Shown here one piece after another: positions 25,682 through 39,658 of a DNA stretch of 64,000 nucleotides. Within the stretch, counting starts at the first letter, position 1. The number at the start of each line of letters is the position of its first letter. Below the pieces are notes generated by a model, which was not told the origin of the DNA, searched no databases, and saw only the letters and a program-made list of their open reading frames with translations. Origin of the DNA: Alloascoidea hylecoeti (taxonomy: Eukaryota); the NCBI GenBank assembly GCA_001600815.1, contig BCKZ01000011.1, forward strand, positions 537,622 to 601,621. The letters are read 5' to 3'. A program made the translations under genes and the position numbers.

Positions 25682-26859
25682 AATTGTCTTCAGTAATAGT
25701 CAGACAGTTAATGGAGTGTGATTTCTATTTTGTTTTGTAATATTTCCTTGAAAGTTGATCTTTAATCAAGATTTTATGTTCATACAAGCAAAACAACCTT
25801 ACACCCAAATATATACAATAAGGAAGTAAAAAAATAAGTTTATGAACTGTAAACCTGAAAGAATGCTGCTGTGAGATCATTATAATTATAAGATCTTGGA
25901 TAAGCTTAAGAGTGATAAGCACAACATGCACGCACAAACTGGTCACTCACTGTTGCATAACTATAGTCACAAGTGCAATTTTCATAGTTATAATAATAAG
26001 ACATGACGACACACTTTGCCCGTTGTAAAAATTAAAATAATATAATTCAAACAATTCCAGGATTGAAGTTGACCATCGTTTCCTTTATAATAAGTCCTAA
26101 TTGAATACATATACTTTAATTTTAGACTAATACTAATCATTATAAATATGACTAGCACAAATTCGAAATGCAGAGGTGTGTGCTGCTACACATATTCTCC
26201 CACCAGTATTACTTTACAATTGATAATAAGAAGATCCTCCAATTAAGCTTTTTATTGTAAAAATTAATTCATGCCTTTTATTTCAATCATTGAATAGCTA
26301 TAGGAAATCTAGCCAACTGTTGTAGCGTATGCTTAATGCATATTTTAATTAGTAATCACATATAATAATAACAGTAATATTCTTGATTATTCCAAGCAGT
26401 TAGTAATCGGAAATCTAAGCATATTTTAGTGTTACTGGTATAATTAATCCTTAGTTATATTACATTTATGAATTTAGTGTGATAGAAATAACAGTATCTA
26501 GATCTGCAGTAAGTTGTGATTATAGCATATACACCATCTATATCACATTTATATAGAACTAGCACTAGGATCATAAGCATCAGACCTTTAAATAATGTAA
26601 AGAGCCTCAATTATACTTCATATATGACTAAATATAACTATGGCTTATTATGCTACTTATAAGCTATAATCATATAATTATGATGAAGCATAATTAATGC
26701 ATAAGTTATGTCATACACATGACCATCAACTCCAATATTAACTGCAAAAACATGCTGTGATCTATATACAATATCCTAGCTAACTCTATAGCATTATATA
26801 GTCGATTGATGAGGTATTATAAATATAATAACTTCGAAGTCTAGCTGTATAGCTAGAGG

Positions 26860-27126
26860 ACCTTGCAATTGACCCTCGATATATTGATTATAACATCCCC
26901 CCAGGAAACAGTCATGATTTCTGAATCATCATGATTGATGATCGATACCGGTGATCAGCTGTAGACCCGTAGTTTATTAATCCTAGCCATAAATTATAAA
27001 TTAATACCAGTTGCCTCCTTGGGACAACTGTCTGACTTATAGCAGCGCTTCAGCCACCAAACATTAATCATAAAATGCTCTCTGGACAGGTCGATCTCGT
27101 GAGTGTCAATTTAACAACTCTGGAAG
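26860..27126 (-). mobile_element. Ty3/gypsy integrase C-terminal relic
   Basis: RVVK / DTHEIDL..EHFMINVWWLKRCYKSDSCPKE...ARIN / ITGID / VSWGDV parallels the Ty3 integrase tail (GPFRVVK..NAYExDL..HRVINVQFLKK..DAYPK..IGID); stops and frameshifts. Confidence 0.72.
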
Positions 27127-27683
27127 ATTAAGACTTTATAAGCTTTAATGATTAATATTATATACATGGTCCATTTAAAAACTTGTTAGTGTATTTGGCC
27201 AGGGAGTTTAAGGGCAATTCATATATATAGATGCATACAATACATGTATGTTCACTTGCATAAAAATAAGTTTCTAGATAGATCTTTCAGTTATAACCTT
27301 ATAATTATATTATATGTGGCACTTTTCTCCAACATTCCATTAAGGACTCTAAGGATATGAATGACATTGAATATGTAGAAAAGTAAATTTAAGTTTTGAT
27401 TGATTTATTTATATATACGTATATTTAATTCTTTTCCCTTAAGGCTTCCTTATAGACATAGATTTCAAGGTGTTATATATTTAATTAAATAAGAAAAACA
27501 AGTTCTTCCTATTTCAATATCACCTAAAATTGCACTTGAACTTAGTAGCCCTATTGCTATTGAAATTGTCTTCGGAGATATATATCAGTATCAACTAATG
27601 GACAGGGTAAAAGAAAAGCACACTTTTTCGTTCAACTTACTAGATGGTTTTTTATGAAACTTGGGTGAGAAAAAATACAATGG

Positions 27684-28103
27684 TACGTGCCACTCAAAAT
27701 GAACAACGTTTTCTCATACGAAATATTGCCTCCAGAAAATATGCATGCATCTGTGCAGATTACGATACGAGGAAATATATCAGCCTATATATGCATGGAG
27801 TGTCATGCAGTTGTATAGATAAGGTAAGTTTTATTGGTCTTATGGCAATATTCAAGTGATTATATGCAGACGTAACCCTATTTTAATTATGTAGGCCTCC
27901 AGAACTTGCAACCATCCCAAAAGTTAAGAAATAAGTACAAAACATTTGACAGAGAAGCGTGACAAATAATTTGAAACAGCAGGGTTTGCATTTGCCATTT
28001 ATCTACTATCTGTCTTCTTTAATATATGATGGAGGCGATTTTGGTGGTATGGTTTGAAAATGTTTTAGTTTCCTTAAAAGTTCTTCATTTTGAGTGTCAC
28101 GCA
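27684..28103. mobile_element. MITE copy 1 (about 420 bp, about 26-bp TIRs, TA-flanked)
   Basis: Left TA-CGTGCCACTCAAAATGAACAACGTTTT; right end reverse complement CGTGACACTCAAAATGAAGAACTTTT; interior homologous to copy 2. Confidence 0.8.
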
Positions 28104-29840
28104 GTGCCACTATAAAAATACCCAAGATAATTCGCGCATTTTGTGATATGTAATTCATTTACTGCAGCTGTCAAAAGAATCTAGCTATACGATTTACATG
28201 TATCCAATGTCTGGTTCTTCCTCAAATCACTAACTTCTGAATCATTATTTTAAGTATTTGTTAACAGTAACCGAATTAAGTGTAGATGGCTCATAATAAC
28301 ACACCAACTTTTCTTTGTTTCGTAAGAGATCTAGAAAATCATTTGTAATTTTTACTTTACTTGGCTATGGCTAAAGCGGTAGTAAAGCGTAATGGTCGAT
28401 TTAAAATGTAGTCTGATAAGTTAATTATAATATCTCGTTTAAATTTAACAATGGGAACAAAATTTATGGTGCCGACTCCCCAGATTTCAAAAGTGTGTGT
28501 GCTTGTTTAGAATACATTCACGTGTGAAGAAGAATCAGCTAGTTATAGCATATGTCAAGAAATTGGCCGATTAAAGTTTGTTTAGTTTAGTAGAATGCCA
28601 TATCATAAAAAAACCAGTGTAAAACCCTAGATGATGTAGACATCGAATATTCACAGGAAAATTGGAAACTCTTTTTAAAAAAAATATCAGAATTCGTTCT
28701 TCAAGCTCATGGTTAATCGGGATTCTAATTACGTATAGATATTCTTTTAAAAGTGCAATTGTATGTTCTTATCCAATTCTTGAAACATTTCTTCTTAAAG
28801 ATGGTATCAATTTGTTTTACAAATTTATTAAGTAAATTGCAGATCTATAAATATTAATGTTATGCATGTGGGTTTTTTCCCTTCGAAAATCACCCATACT
28901 CTGGATCTATCCATATGATCTATTTATGCAATATCGGTTCTATGCAAGCAATTCTGATGGTCCTCCGCAAGATAATGTAAATTAAATAATCAATGATCTA
29001 CTATACTTAAATGTTGATGATTTTTGCAGGCTAGTTAAAATTGATACGATATCAGGAAGTAAGGCTCAAGCTCTAAAAGCTAAAGTTATATCGAATGTCA
29101 AATATAAGGTAGAAATTTTAAAAATCAAATCTAAATATTTTTTAAAAAAAATGGCGCTTCCGCCTTATACAACTGATTGAACCTGTGGGAATGTTTAGAT
29201 CTTAAATAATTAGAAAAAATTAATACTATCAGATATGATAAATTCTAAAAAACAAACTAAAATTTACAATATAAATTGATCAGAAGTATATTATTAGAAT
29301 TGATATTTCAATAGAGAATTAATTATAATAAGTATTAAAAAGTGTGTACTGTACGTTTAATCGAGTTCTAGAATATTTTAATAGTTTATTATTTACTTTC
29401 ACTCGCAGATTGTAACAGATTGTGGTTTCTGCGAGTGAATTTCTGATTTGACATCGAATTAAATTTGACATATAATTAATTATTATTAGTTTAAAATTTA
29501 AGATGAAAGTTTAAAATTGAACTGTGTTTTTTCTAAAGAAACTTGAACTCAAAAAAGTATATTTAAACAGATAAATCTTCCAAAATTTGTGTATATATTA
29601 AAACAGACAAAAACAAAAAGTTATGAAAATTTATTATTGTAAAATGATTGTTGCATAAATAATATAAAATAAGTTGCAAATCATTAAAAATGTATTAATT
29701 AATTATTGTATAGAAACTATTTAATGTAACCACATTTTATTGTAATTTCTTACAAGGTTGTAATAATATATAACAAACATAGCCTAGTTATAGCAGCCTA
29801 TTTTGTATTTTCATGAGTACTGTAGATCTTTTAAAGATAT

Positions 29841-31141
29841 TTAGCTCTCATTTTTATCTTTCGTTTCATCAGCTTGTACCAGTACTTTCTTCAGTCTCTT
29901 TGCTGGTGGTGCATCGTCTTCATCCTCATGATCATGTTCACTGGATTCAGATGATTCTTCTAGAGTATCTTGTAAATTAATTTCAACTAAATAAGTAAAA
30001 AAATTAGCTATGGTTCAATAAAATAAATGAAGTAGTTAACTTACGATCACCTTTAAATTTCTTAATTAACCGTTTCCATCTATACCGAACAGACTGGCTA
30101 TCTCGTTTAGAAAGTCTCGTGGCATATGATGCATAATTCTGCCTGGGTAAAGTCGATAGAACCATATCAATTAATTGAGAATCATCTTCACTTGTCCAAG
30201 TTGTATTTGATGCTTTTGAACGCTTTGGTTGTTTCTTTCTTATTGGTGGAGCTTCGATCACCTCAATATGAACTGAGTTTTTATCATCGTGATGATTTGA
30301 ATATTTTTGGCTTGCATATGATGATGTCAGCATTGGTGTTAACGGTAAATCAGCTGAGTTTACTGATACACTTGTCGCTGTTGTTTCCAAAGAATGATTT
30401 CTTGATCTAAGTGTAAGTAATGGAGGAAATCTATTCATGGATGGTGAAGAACCACCAGCATTGTTAATTCTATTATGATAAGAAGTATATGACTGATGAG
30501 TTCGGTCGCAAGGTGGGAGTGTTGCAATTGAGTAATCTGAATGTGTGTTATAATTAGGTGTAAATTGATCATATTGCTTATTATAGGTTGATCTAGCCAT
30601 ATGATTTTTAGTTTCATGATCATAATTAGGAATTGAATCTGTTCCAGAAAATGAAACCGATCTTGTACCCATTGGACCATGACTGCGGATATGGCTATTT
30701 CTAGCCCGATCATTATATTGTGAGAGATCCTGGAGGCTTCTACTTCCTAGAAAAGATGGCTGAGCTAATGTTCTAGAAGATTTTGAATCCAAAGTTGGTG
30801 ATATTAATGCTTTAGATGCTCTACTTAATTCTTCAAGTGAGGATGAATGATCTTTAGTTGTTCGTGGATATGCTTCAGAGGGCTTGGTATTACTGATATT
30901 ATAGGATGTTAACGGGCTCTTTTCGGGGCTAGCATCTTTGCTTGAGTTTGATTTATCATTCAAAAGATCAGCTAGCTTCATTCGGGGATGAGGAAGAGGA
31001 AGAGTCCTAGGTCTTTAAAAGTTAATAAATATATCATAACAATAATATATAAGAGTCTTACCTTTCAAAGGAGTTTATTGCAGTTGGGTATGATATTGAG
31101 GGAAGTAAAGGTCTTGGAAGAGAGAAATTAGAAGATAACAT
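29841..31141 (-). CDS. Myb/SANT-like transcription regulator; exons 31141-31062, 31006-30045, 29986-29841 (about 395 aa)
   Basis: WTSEDDSQLIDMV...RDSQSVRYRWKRL repeat. Introns 31061-31007 (GTAAGA..ATTAAC..TAG) and 30044-29987 (GTAAGT..GCTAAT..TAG) both preserve the frame; the last exon adds an acidic stretch and PPAKRLKK. Confidence 0.8.
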
Positions 31142-34084
31142 AGATATAAACAGTAAATAAATCAAAGGCTCATTAAGTGAAGATTCAGGAATTTGATGAA
31201 GGTTAAATACTCAAATATATATATACCTTCCGATTTCTATTGGGGCATATATCCTAAGTTGTTATTAAATATAATATACGTTATAATATACGTTATAATT
31301 AAATTATTAATATAAGATGAGAACTAAAATTATATATGCATCTCTTGAATTAGTATGCGAGGCACATGCTATTGAAAAATTATATGCAGCTTAAAACTTT
31401 TGGACCTTCGCATTATAATTAAGTTGAACTGAAAACTGTGGATTTACTTGCCATGGATCTATTATATAAAAATCAACAACATAATACCCAAATCAAATAT
31501 ATGTCTTAGTTGCTTATATTATCTACAACAAAATATATGGGTATTGTGGCAACAGTGGTTCCCAATTTCCCACACATAATTATAAACATTCAAACTCATG
31601 ATTAAGTTACAGTATGTATCAGAAGATATTAGCCTAAGTTTACAAGGATAGAATTGGAATTCCATTGAATGAACACTTTCTATAAAAAGTTCAATACATG
31701 TAGTCAAATGTTTTTAAAACACGTCAATATATTAAATAGACCAGTTTTGACAAAAAGAGAATATCTAACAATAGTTGAAATAATTATACATAAACAAAGA
31801 AAATGAAACTATGTTGTAAATTAAATTGACCCCAGTTTATATCACTAGTAATCCATTTCTAACTTTATTTCAGCTTGTCTCAGATCCAAATAGACTATAT
31901 TAACCTTCTTTGACATAATATAATCCGGGGAACTATTGATTATTAATTTAATAAATTTTGTAACTACATATGCCCATCTCTTATCGGGATTCCTGTGAAT
32001 ATGAATATGGTTTTACTGGGGTTCTTCCTGCAATGTTCAAATTGACCATTTATAAATAATTCTAAATATATTCATAAACAAGCCAAGTGTAATATTGAGT
32101 AATTATAAATGATACCGCAGTAGGATCATGGGTAACAAACAATCCATACAATTATAGATTTTGTTTGTAAATGGGCTGACAATCTACAATGGTTCTACAT
32201 GTGTATATGAAAAACTAAAAGCTTATGCTTATTAGCATGTGTAATGGCAACATAAAGATAATATTGTTGGTTATAATATTACATATCTATTATCTACTAT
32301 TAATGTACTTTGATGATTAATACTTGTATTCAATTAAAATCGATATCCATAATTAAATTTGTAAATTGTGATTAATCTTTAGTCGTGTGGAAACGTATTT
32401 AAACAAGAAATAAATCTTCTTGGAATTTATTATTATTATTATTAAACTAATTAATATTGAATTTCATTATGAATATAAAGCTATGAATTTAAGCCAACTA
32501 TAGCTATTTTTAGTATTAAATAGCTTATATATTATAATATTATAATATTTTATATTTGCCCATTTTAAAATTAAAGCCTGGAGAGTTGGCTAATTACAGG
32601 CAAAGTTGCTTGTATCCATATTATTAAAGAGTTTGCAATTACAGTTAATCCGAACAAACTATCATAAAATATATAAAACCCGTACTAGTTTGTTGACCTT
32701 TGTGGCTTCACGTTGCAATTCGACATATAATATACATGTATACTTAATATACAAATCTATTAATATCTATAATATTGATATATAATTTCAATTTCAGTTA
32801 CAATTCTCTCTTTTTTTCAATTAACCCTTATAGATTAAAATTACACAATATAAATACCAAAACAAGTCAACAAATTAATATATTCAGTAATCAATTACGA
32901 AAAGTCCCTGCTCATACATTTACAAATTTATTATCACTATAGTACTTGTTGCGGTTAATGAAGAATGAAGATTCCAATTTGATATATAAGTTATATATTG
33001 ATATCGGTAAATTTATAAAAGCTGTACTTCTACAATTTATTGTTTTATATTATGAATACATATAAACCAATGATGTTCATTGATTTTAATTATAAACGTT
33101 AACACTAATGTTTCTAATTACCAACTAGAAGATTAAAATAGTGAGTATATTATAATTAATCTAAACATGGATATATCCATAATCTCATATCTATAATCAA
33201 ATATGGCTATACACCTAACTAGGATATCGATGGTGTTAAATATTTAGAATTTTTTTTAAATTAAATAAAAGTGGAGGTGGAGTTTGACTATTTGGGATCT
33301 GTCTTGACAATTTTAATAGTTATTGCGCAATTGCTATTTACAGAATAAGAGTCAGTCTCAGGCAATTAAATAGAAAAAGATCTCATACTGACTAGTAATA
33401 CTGATTGCAACATTGTACAATCAGTTGTAATTTTTTTTCATCCAGTAACAATTCAAGTAATCTAAGAATTGAATTACATAATTAAGCGATTAACTTAATA
33501 ATTATAACCTAAATGTAACTAAATAACTAACATTTAGATATTTTATTATAGTTACAATGTTAATCGTTTGATCCCGAGACATAAAACAAGAAGTTATGTT
33601 GATAAAAAAATTGAAAACAATATCTGTAGCTATAGTATAGATATTAGTACTGTATGCTTGTTTATATGCAGCCGCTGACATATCCGATAATAATACAGCT
33701 ACTGATCGTTTTGAGATGTTGGAATTGCTGGTTTCTTTTCCTCTCTTTTCATTAATCCTGGCATATTTTGGTGTTTTTATCCAAAAGCGTTGAGCTTTTT
33801 ATAGTTGTATATCTATAGCATGACATATTTATCTTATTTGATTGGTATGGCAAGGGACGTTTGTTTACAAATCTGCATATTATTTCTCCACTCCACAACC
33901 CCTGAAAATAGTAATAAGGAAGAAAATCTCATTACAACCTGAATTAAGGAGCAAATGTTTTGAACAAATTACAATTGCACCACATACACTACTCAAAGAT
34001 TGATTACCAAAGAGAATCTATGCACCGTTCAACTTTTTATTACAAAATGAATAGTGGACACTGGACACTTTCCAGCATAGATAA

Positions 34085-34915
34085 CTAAAAATACCAAATT
34101 CTTACGAAGTCAGGGGAATATAAACTTACTGATTTAGTGGTTTATTGTCTCCAAATGTGCATGAGGATTAATATGTACATTTTACCACACATTGAATGTA
34201 GTGATTGACCTGAAATACACAAGAATCCCAGGACGCGCCACCACCAGGACAAAAGTAGCCAAAATGGGATGATAAAAGACAGTATATGAATTCAAAATGT
34301 ATTTAAAATTTTCTTGGTGGGAATCCATTGATCAAGTATGTTAAAGCTCGCATTAGACCGGATTCCCTACACTTTTTTTTTTAAATCTTGGCATTGAAGG
34401 TTTGGTCAACAGAAATTAGTACAAAGTAAGTGAAATTCATAATGCCAATGAAAAACCTTCCCTGACGAAAGAGCTAACAGATCAAAAGTTATCATGTCGA
34501 ATAATGATCAGAGCATCTGCGTGAATGAGATCCGCATAAGTTCGTCGTCTTGTTAGAATTTGTCATTCACCCATCGGTGAACTAGGGCTGATAGGGAAAA
34601 AACACCACCGACTTAGCGGCCACCGGTACACATCCTTTTATCTTATCCTGTGTTCAGGTTGTTTCGATTGATGTTGGTGTATGTGGGGGAATCCTCAAAT
34701 TCGATGTCTGAGTGATGCGTCGTGCACAACCCGTGGGGGTTGTAACGAAGAATACTATACGGGAACTAGAAGGGTCTAATCTTTTTTTTCCTATAGGATG
34801 AATTTATTGAAGAAAGTGAAAAGGATGTTAATCAAGAAATCTCCTAGAGACACTTCTTTCCATTGAACCACTAGATCGTGGTGAACCCTCCAAACGAAGG
34901 TTTCTCGCGAAAACT
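34085..34915 (-). ncRNA. Structured ncRNA, candidate telomerase RNA (ends approximate)
   Basis: ORF-free, GC-elevated, many 7-10 bp helices with G-U pairs valid on the minus strand. Template-like CCCUAUCAGCCCUA (34596-34583), pseudoknot-like region with an A10 tract (34460-34370), TATA-like element near 34953. Confidence 0.6.
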
Positions 34916-37900
34916 TTTTTACACACTAAAGGTAGTGAATACGACATATAGTTATATATATAGTTTAAAGTATATATTCGATGTCTAATTTTCAAAAAAA
35001 GAAATGATTGTCGTGCTGAAAGCTTTGGTTTGATGGTTCAAATGATATCAATCGAAGCTCGCTCTACACGAAATTTAAACATTGTATTATAGATAGCTAT
35101 AAGACCCTTATATATGTGGGGTTTTAATTGATATATTATATATTTATAATTAAACAATTTAGAGTTAATTTTATGTGTATAGTATATTACTGAAATATCT
35201 TTCATCGATTCGAGTTGCAATGGACATAAGTTTATGACAACATTCTATATGCCATATCTCAAAATACCACTATAAGCTTAGAGAAGATGAGACAGGAATA
35301 CGAAAAGCAATGTCTAAAAGCCTTATAATAATTATTTAATCGGAATTAAAATACTCATTTAGATCACATAGATCACAATACAACTCCGTATTGAGTCCGC
35401 AACAAATATAAAAAAATAGCTTAATTATGGCTTGAAGAATGTTTTATAGCTAAAATTAATATGCATATGTTCAGATCACGCTTTTTCAACAATTACATTA
35501 CTAGTTTGGGTGCATCTACCTGATTAGTTAGTCATCTTATATTTGGCACATATAAGTTATTAATTTACATAAGGGTTTTTTATTTCTATTGAAATATTAA
35601 TACTTGATCAAGATAACCTAGAAATATGATTGTTAATTGTGGAGATCTAGATCCAGAGTTTGAAAACTGGTGATCTATAACAATGGTGCAGTTATAGTTT
35701 TATTTTTTGAATCTATTTATCAGTTTCAGATGATTTTACTTCTTCAATTGGAAATTCCCTATGATCATCTAAACTTAATATTTACATATAGCTGTGTATA
35801 CTTATAGCATATACTATCATATATTTATTCTCTTTCTTTTTGCAGTACTTATCCAAAGACATGATCGTATCTTATCAGAAGATAACTAGCTTGATCTGAG
35901 TATAGATATTTATGGATATAGCTGTGTGAGGCTTTGAACTTTTAAAACATATTAAAGCTTTATGAGCAGGTTACCCAATTCACGAAGATCAATCAAACAA
36001 TTCTAATATCCAACTAAAAAGGATCAACATTTCTACATATGGAAACTTAACGGAGAGAATTTTAAAATCGAATCAATTATTAATATATATGGGCCATATA
36101 TATGAGCTTATGTATAAGTATAAATATACCCATAGCTAATAACCATCATCGCCGCAATAAATTTACAATTATTATTTTAACAACAAAATTAAATTTGTGT
36201 TCAAAAATAACATGTGCTATATAGCTATAACCTATAGCTAATTATAAGGATAAGGAATGTGATATTCACAGATATGCGGCGGTAATAAACACTCTACATA
36301 GAATTATGCGATTTTATATTTCAGAGTGACATGTAAACTATGCATAAAAAGTTATTTCAAAATTATGTCAATTGCAAATTGATACGTATACTTCCATAAT
36401 ACATTTTAACATAATATAAGCTTATATACCCGGTATATTCATACCATATAAAACTACACAATATTCTGACTATACCGGAATACACTTCTGTGATATAGCC
36501 TAGATATAATTTTGACATTTAAAATTACCACTCAACCTGATCATTCCTTAAATCTAGAAAAGTCATATTTGCAATATAATTTCAAGAAAGGAAAAACGTA
36601 TTATATTAGCCTGTGAGTTGTAATATGCACATATTTTTTTAAATTAATATACCGATAAAATTTTATTTAAAGTTAACTGGAATCAATACACACATTGAAT
36701 ATATAAAAATTTCATGATAATATTGCAAATTTCCTTATATATATTTAAGATTTATAATTTCAGGATCATAATGATTTCAGTATTAATTATATGAATATCT
36801 ATGTATGACATTGTATGTGAATATACGACAATCATTATAGATCTAGAACAAAATTAAGAGCCTAAAATTTAAAAAATAACATCTTTTCATTATATAGCTA
36901 AAGCTGACCATTTAACGACCTAGTTTGTTATTATTTAAACAAATATCTCTTGTTCATATAGGTATATCTCAGTCCATGATCAACCGCAGGCAATTGAAAA
37001 TTTAATATTATTAATACTATTTTAATGTGTTTGATTTATATAATTACTTAAATTAAATCCCTGTACCATGGTACCACCCGTGCACGATGGAAATACAATA
37101 GAAAACATCAAAATGAAGAGATTTAGAATCTCTTATACTAAATCATAAATATTGTAACTTTAATAGCTCTATTAATAGCTCTAGTCCTCTGTCATGTATG
37201 TTTCCAAGTCTCTTTAAGCCTTATAACGAGTACTAACTTCATGATTTTTATTATTAGGGCATGCTTATAATTATAAGAAGTTTTGAGTACTTTTTGAGAT
37301 CATCTGTCCTTCCACAGTATTAAGCTAATATAGGAAGGTATGAAATTGCAATTACTAATATTAGAGCGACTCGTATATCCAAAAACTCAAAGGACTAGAG
37401 TAATATACTCCATTTATGATTTAATAGATAGTTTATTATGCTGATATATGCACTTTTACAAATGAAGATATTTCCTAATGCAGATTTATATCAATTATGA
37501 AATGTTACTTTATAGTTACTCCTGTCAACTCTGTTCAGTTATAACTATAATCTATTAGTTTCAAAATTCAGTTAACCTTATTAGCTGCAGCGGAAGAACC
37601 TTATAATTAACAGATATATGTACTTTCCATTAACAGTAAAATTATTTCTTTAATATATATGCTTACCCTAGATAGCTATTTTGCTCTATAATTGAAATTT
37701 CACAACTTAAGCCCCTTCCAACTATAGATAAGCATTGAAAAGGTATGATATTGAAGCTTCGAATAAAGTAATAATTGATTAACTTGTAAATTTGCATATA
37801 ATTGGGATATCCCCTTGAAAGTGAAAATTTTAATGTAAAAACAATACTCAATTGTAGTCACAAGTATCTTTAGTTTTTATCATATACACATGAATAATGT

Positions 37901-39053
37901 ATCATCTATATCCTATTATATAATATTATCATGATATAACATTATTTAATGGTGTAATGACTATACGAAGAGGAAGCTCTCAGCAGTGTATATACTAATT
38001 ATATTTTTAATGGTGCAACCAAAAGTATAAGCTTATTTATAATTAGATTTTTTCGCTTTAAATCATTTATAATGATAGCGCTAGCTACCACAAATGAAGA
38101 GGTAGTGACCAAAATAAATCTTGAATATATATATATATAGTATTGACTTAATATGATAAAAACATATCTGTTAAGTATTTAAACCCACTATGTAGTATGT
38201 AGTATATAGTAATTATAATGCAATATGCCTATAGTTTTCTGTACTATACATTAAATCTGACGAATTTTAATAATCATAGGAAGATAAAAATAGAGAACTT
38301 GTGGCTTAAAACCAAGTTGGTAGTTGAGACCATGCTTATATAATTTTAAAATTCGCGATCGTATACTGTACGTATATCCTTACATGTTGTTGGTATTATA
38401 CCAAGCTCAAGTAACACCATTCATAGTACTATTTATATTTAAATTCAATTGGCAATTAATTACTCTTGCTTCATATATTCCTATGAACTATATACTTACA
38501 ATACCTAATGGTGATATATTCATACCAAGCAACTTTTTATTCTACCACAGGCCGCGCCCATGGATTACAATATATCACAAGTAAGTTTATTATCACCGAG
38601 AACCCTCATGTCGGATTATGTTATTTTATCGTGGGCTTAACAGAAAGCCGATATGTTAATTACTTTTTGGGAACATAACAGCGATTGAAGTATTTGATAC
38701 CTATTGGGTAAACGATCACCAGAAAACTTCCGATAGTTTTTTTTATTTTTATTTTTTTTGTTCGGGTTGGATTACAATATGTTATTAGCATTATATCCAT
38801 CTCGAACATCCCAATACCCGCAATTAGCGATATGAAATCTGGTTTGCCTTCTAATAATAAATGACTTGATATTCTTTCAAGATATACCTAAATAAATTAT
38901 AAATATTAATAATACAAGACCATTTAATCAGTTCTCAACCATCCTTTCCCGCTGAAGGGATATTTTAGTTTGGTGTAGTAGCTTTTAACCTGAGAGTATT
39001 TATATGAATAATTGCCATATTAGAAGATAAACAACTGTTTGTTATTTATGTGG

Positions 39054-39399
39054 TATTCGTCACTGAAAATGAACAACTTTTAGGAGAATCAAAATAAACC
39101 ACAACTCCAAAATATCTTCAGATAAATAGCAAATATAAATTAAATTTTTGCACTCCTTTCGCAAAATCTTTGTCCCATATCTTAACTATAACTTATACAT
39201 GTACTATGTAGATCATTCAAATAGTAGAGAAATAGGGTCAAGTTTGGTATATGAATATGCATATGTAAAGCCATTAATAATTACCTTATATAGATAAATG
39301 AATGCATATACATATTGCATTATTTCCCTATGGCGTAATATGGGCAATTGAGTGCATATATTACTTGAGTCCTAAAATGTTCATTTTCAGTGACGCGTA
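39054..39399. mobile_element. MITE copy 2 (about 345 bp), opposite orientation to copy 1
   Basis: TIRs CGTCACTGAAAATGAACAACTTTTAGG / reverse complement CGTCACTGAAAATGAACATTTTAGG, TA at both ends; shared interior blocks (ATAAGGTAA, ACCCTATTT, ATTTGCYATTTATCT). Confidence 0.8.
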
Positions 39400-39658
39400 C
39401 CTCATGTTATTTCCCACCATCATACACTCACAGTTAATACAGAGTAATATCAGTTCTTCTTCTTCCACTTAAATGCGGCCACGCTACTAACTATCGGCCA
39501 TCCCTATACCGCATTATTACCGGTATGTCCCGTTAAAATGCAGGGATGCAGATCAACCTCGGGTGCCATGGGAACAACCTCAGCCATCTCGGCCGAACAT
39601 TAAGTTTGGGGTCGGTTCATACTTAGTCATCAGCATGGCCTAAATTAAGTGGAATCAC

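Noticed and set aside
39615..39635. CTGATGA hammerhead-like core on the minus strand
   Set aside because: No stem II and no GAAA; flanking helices absent.
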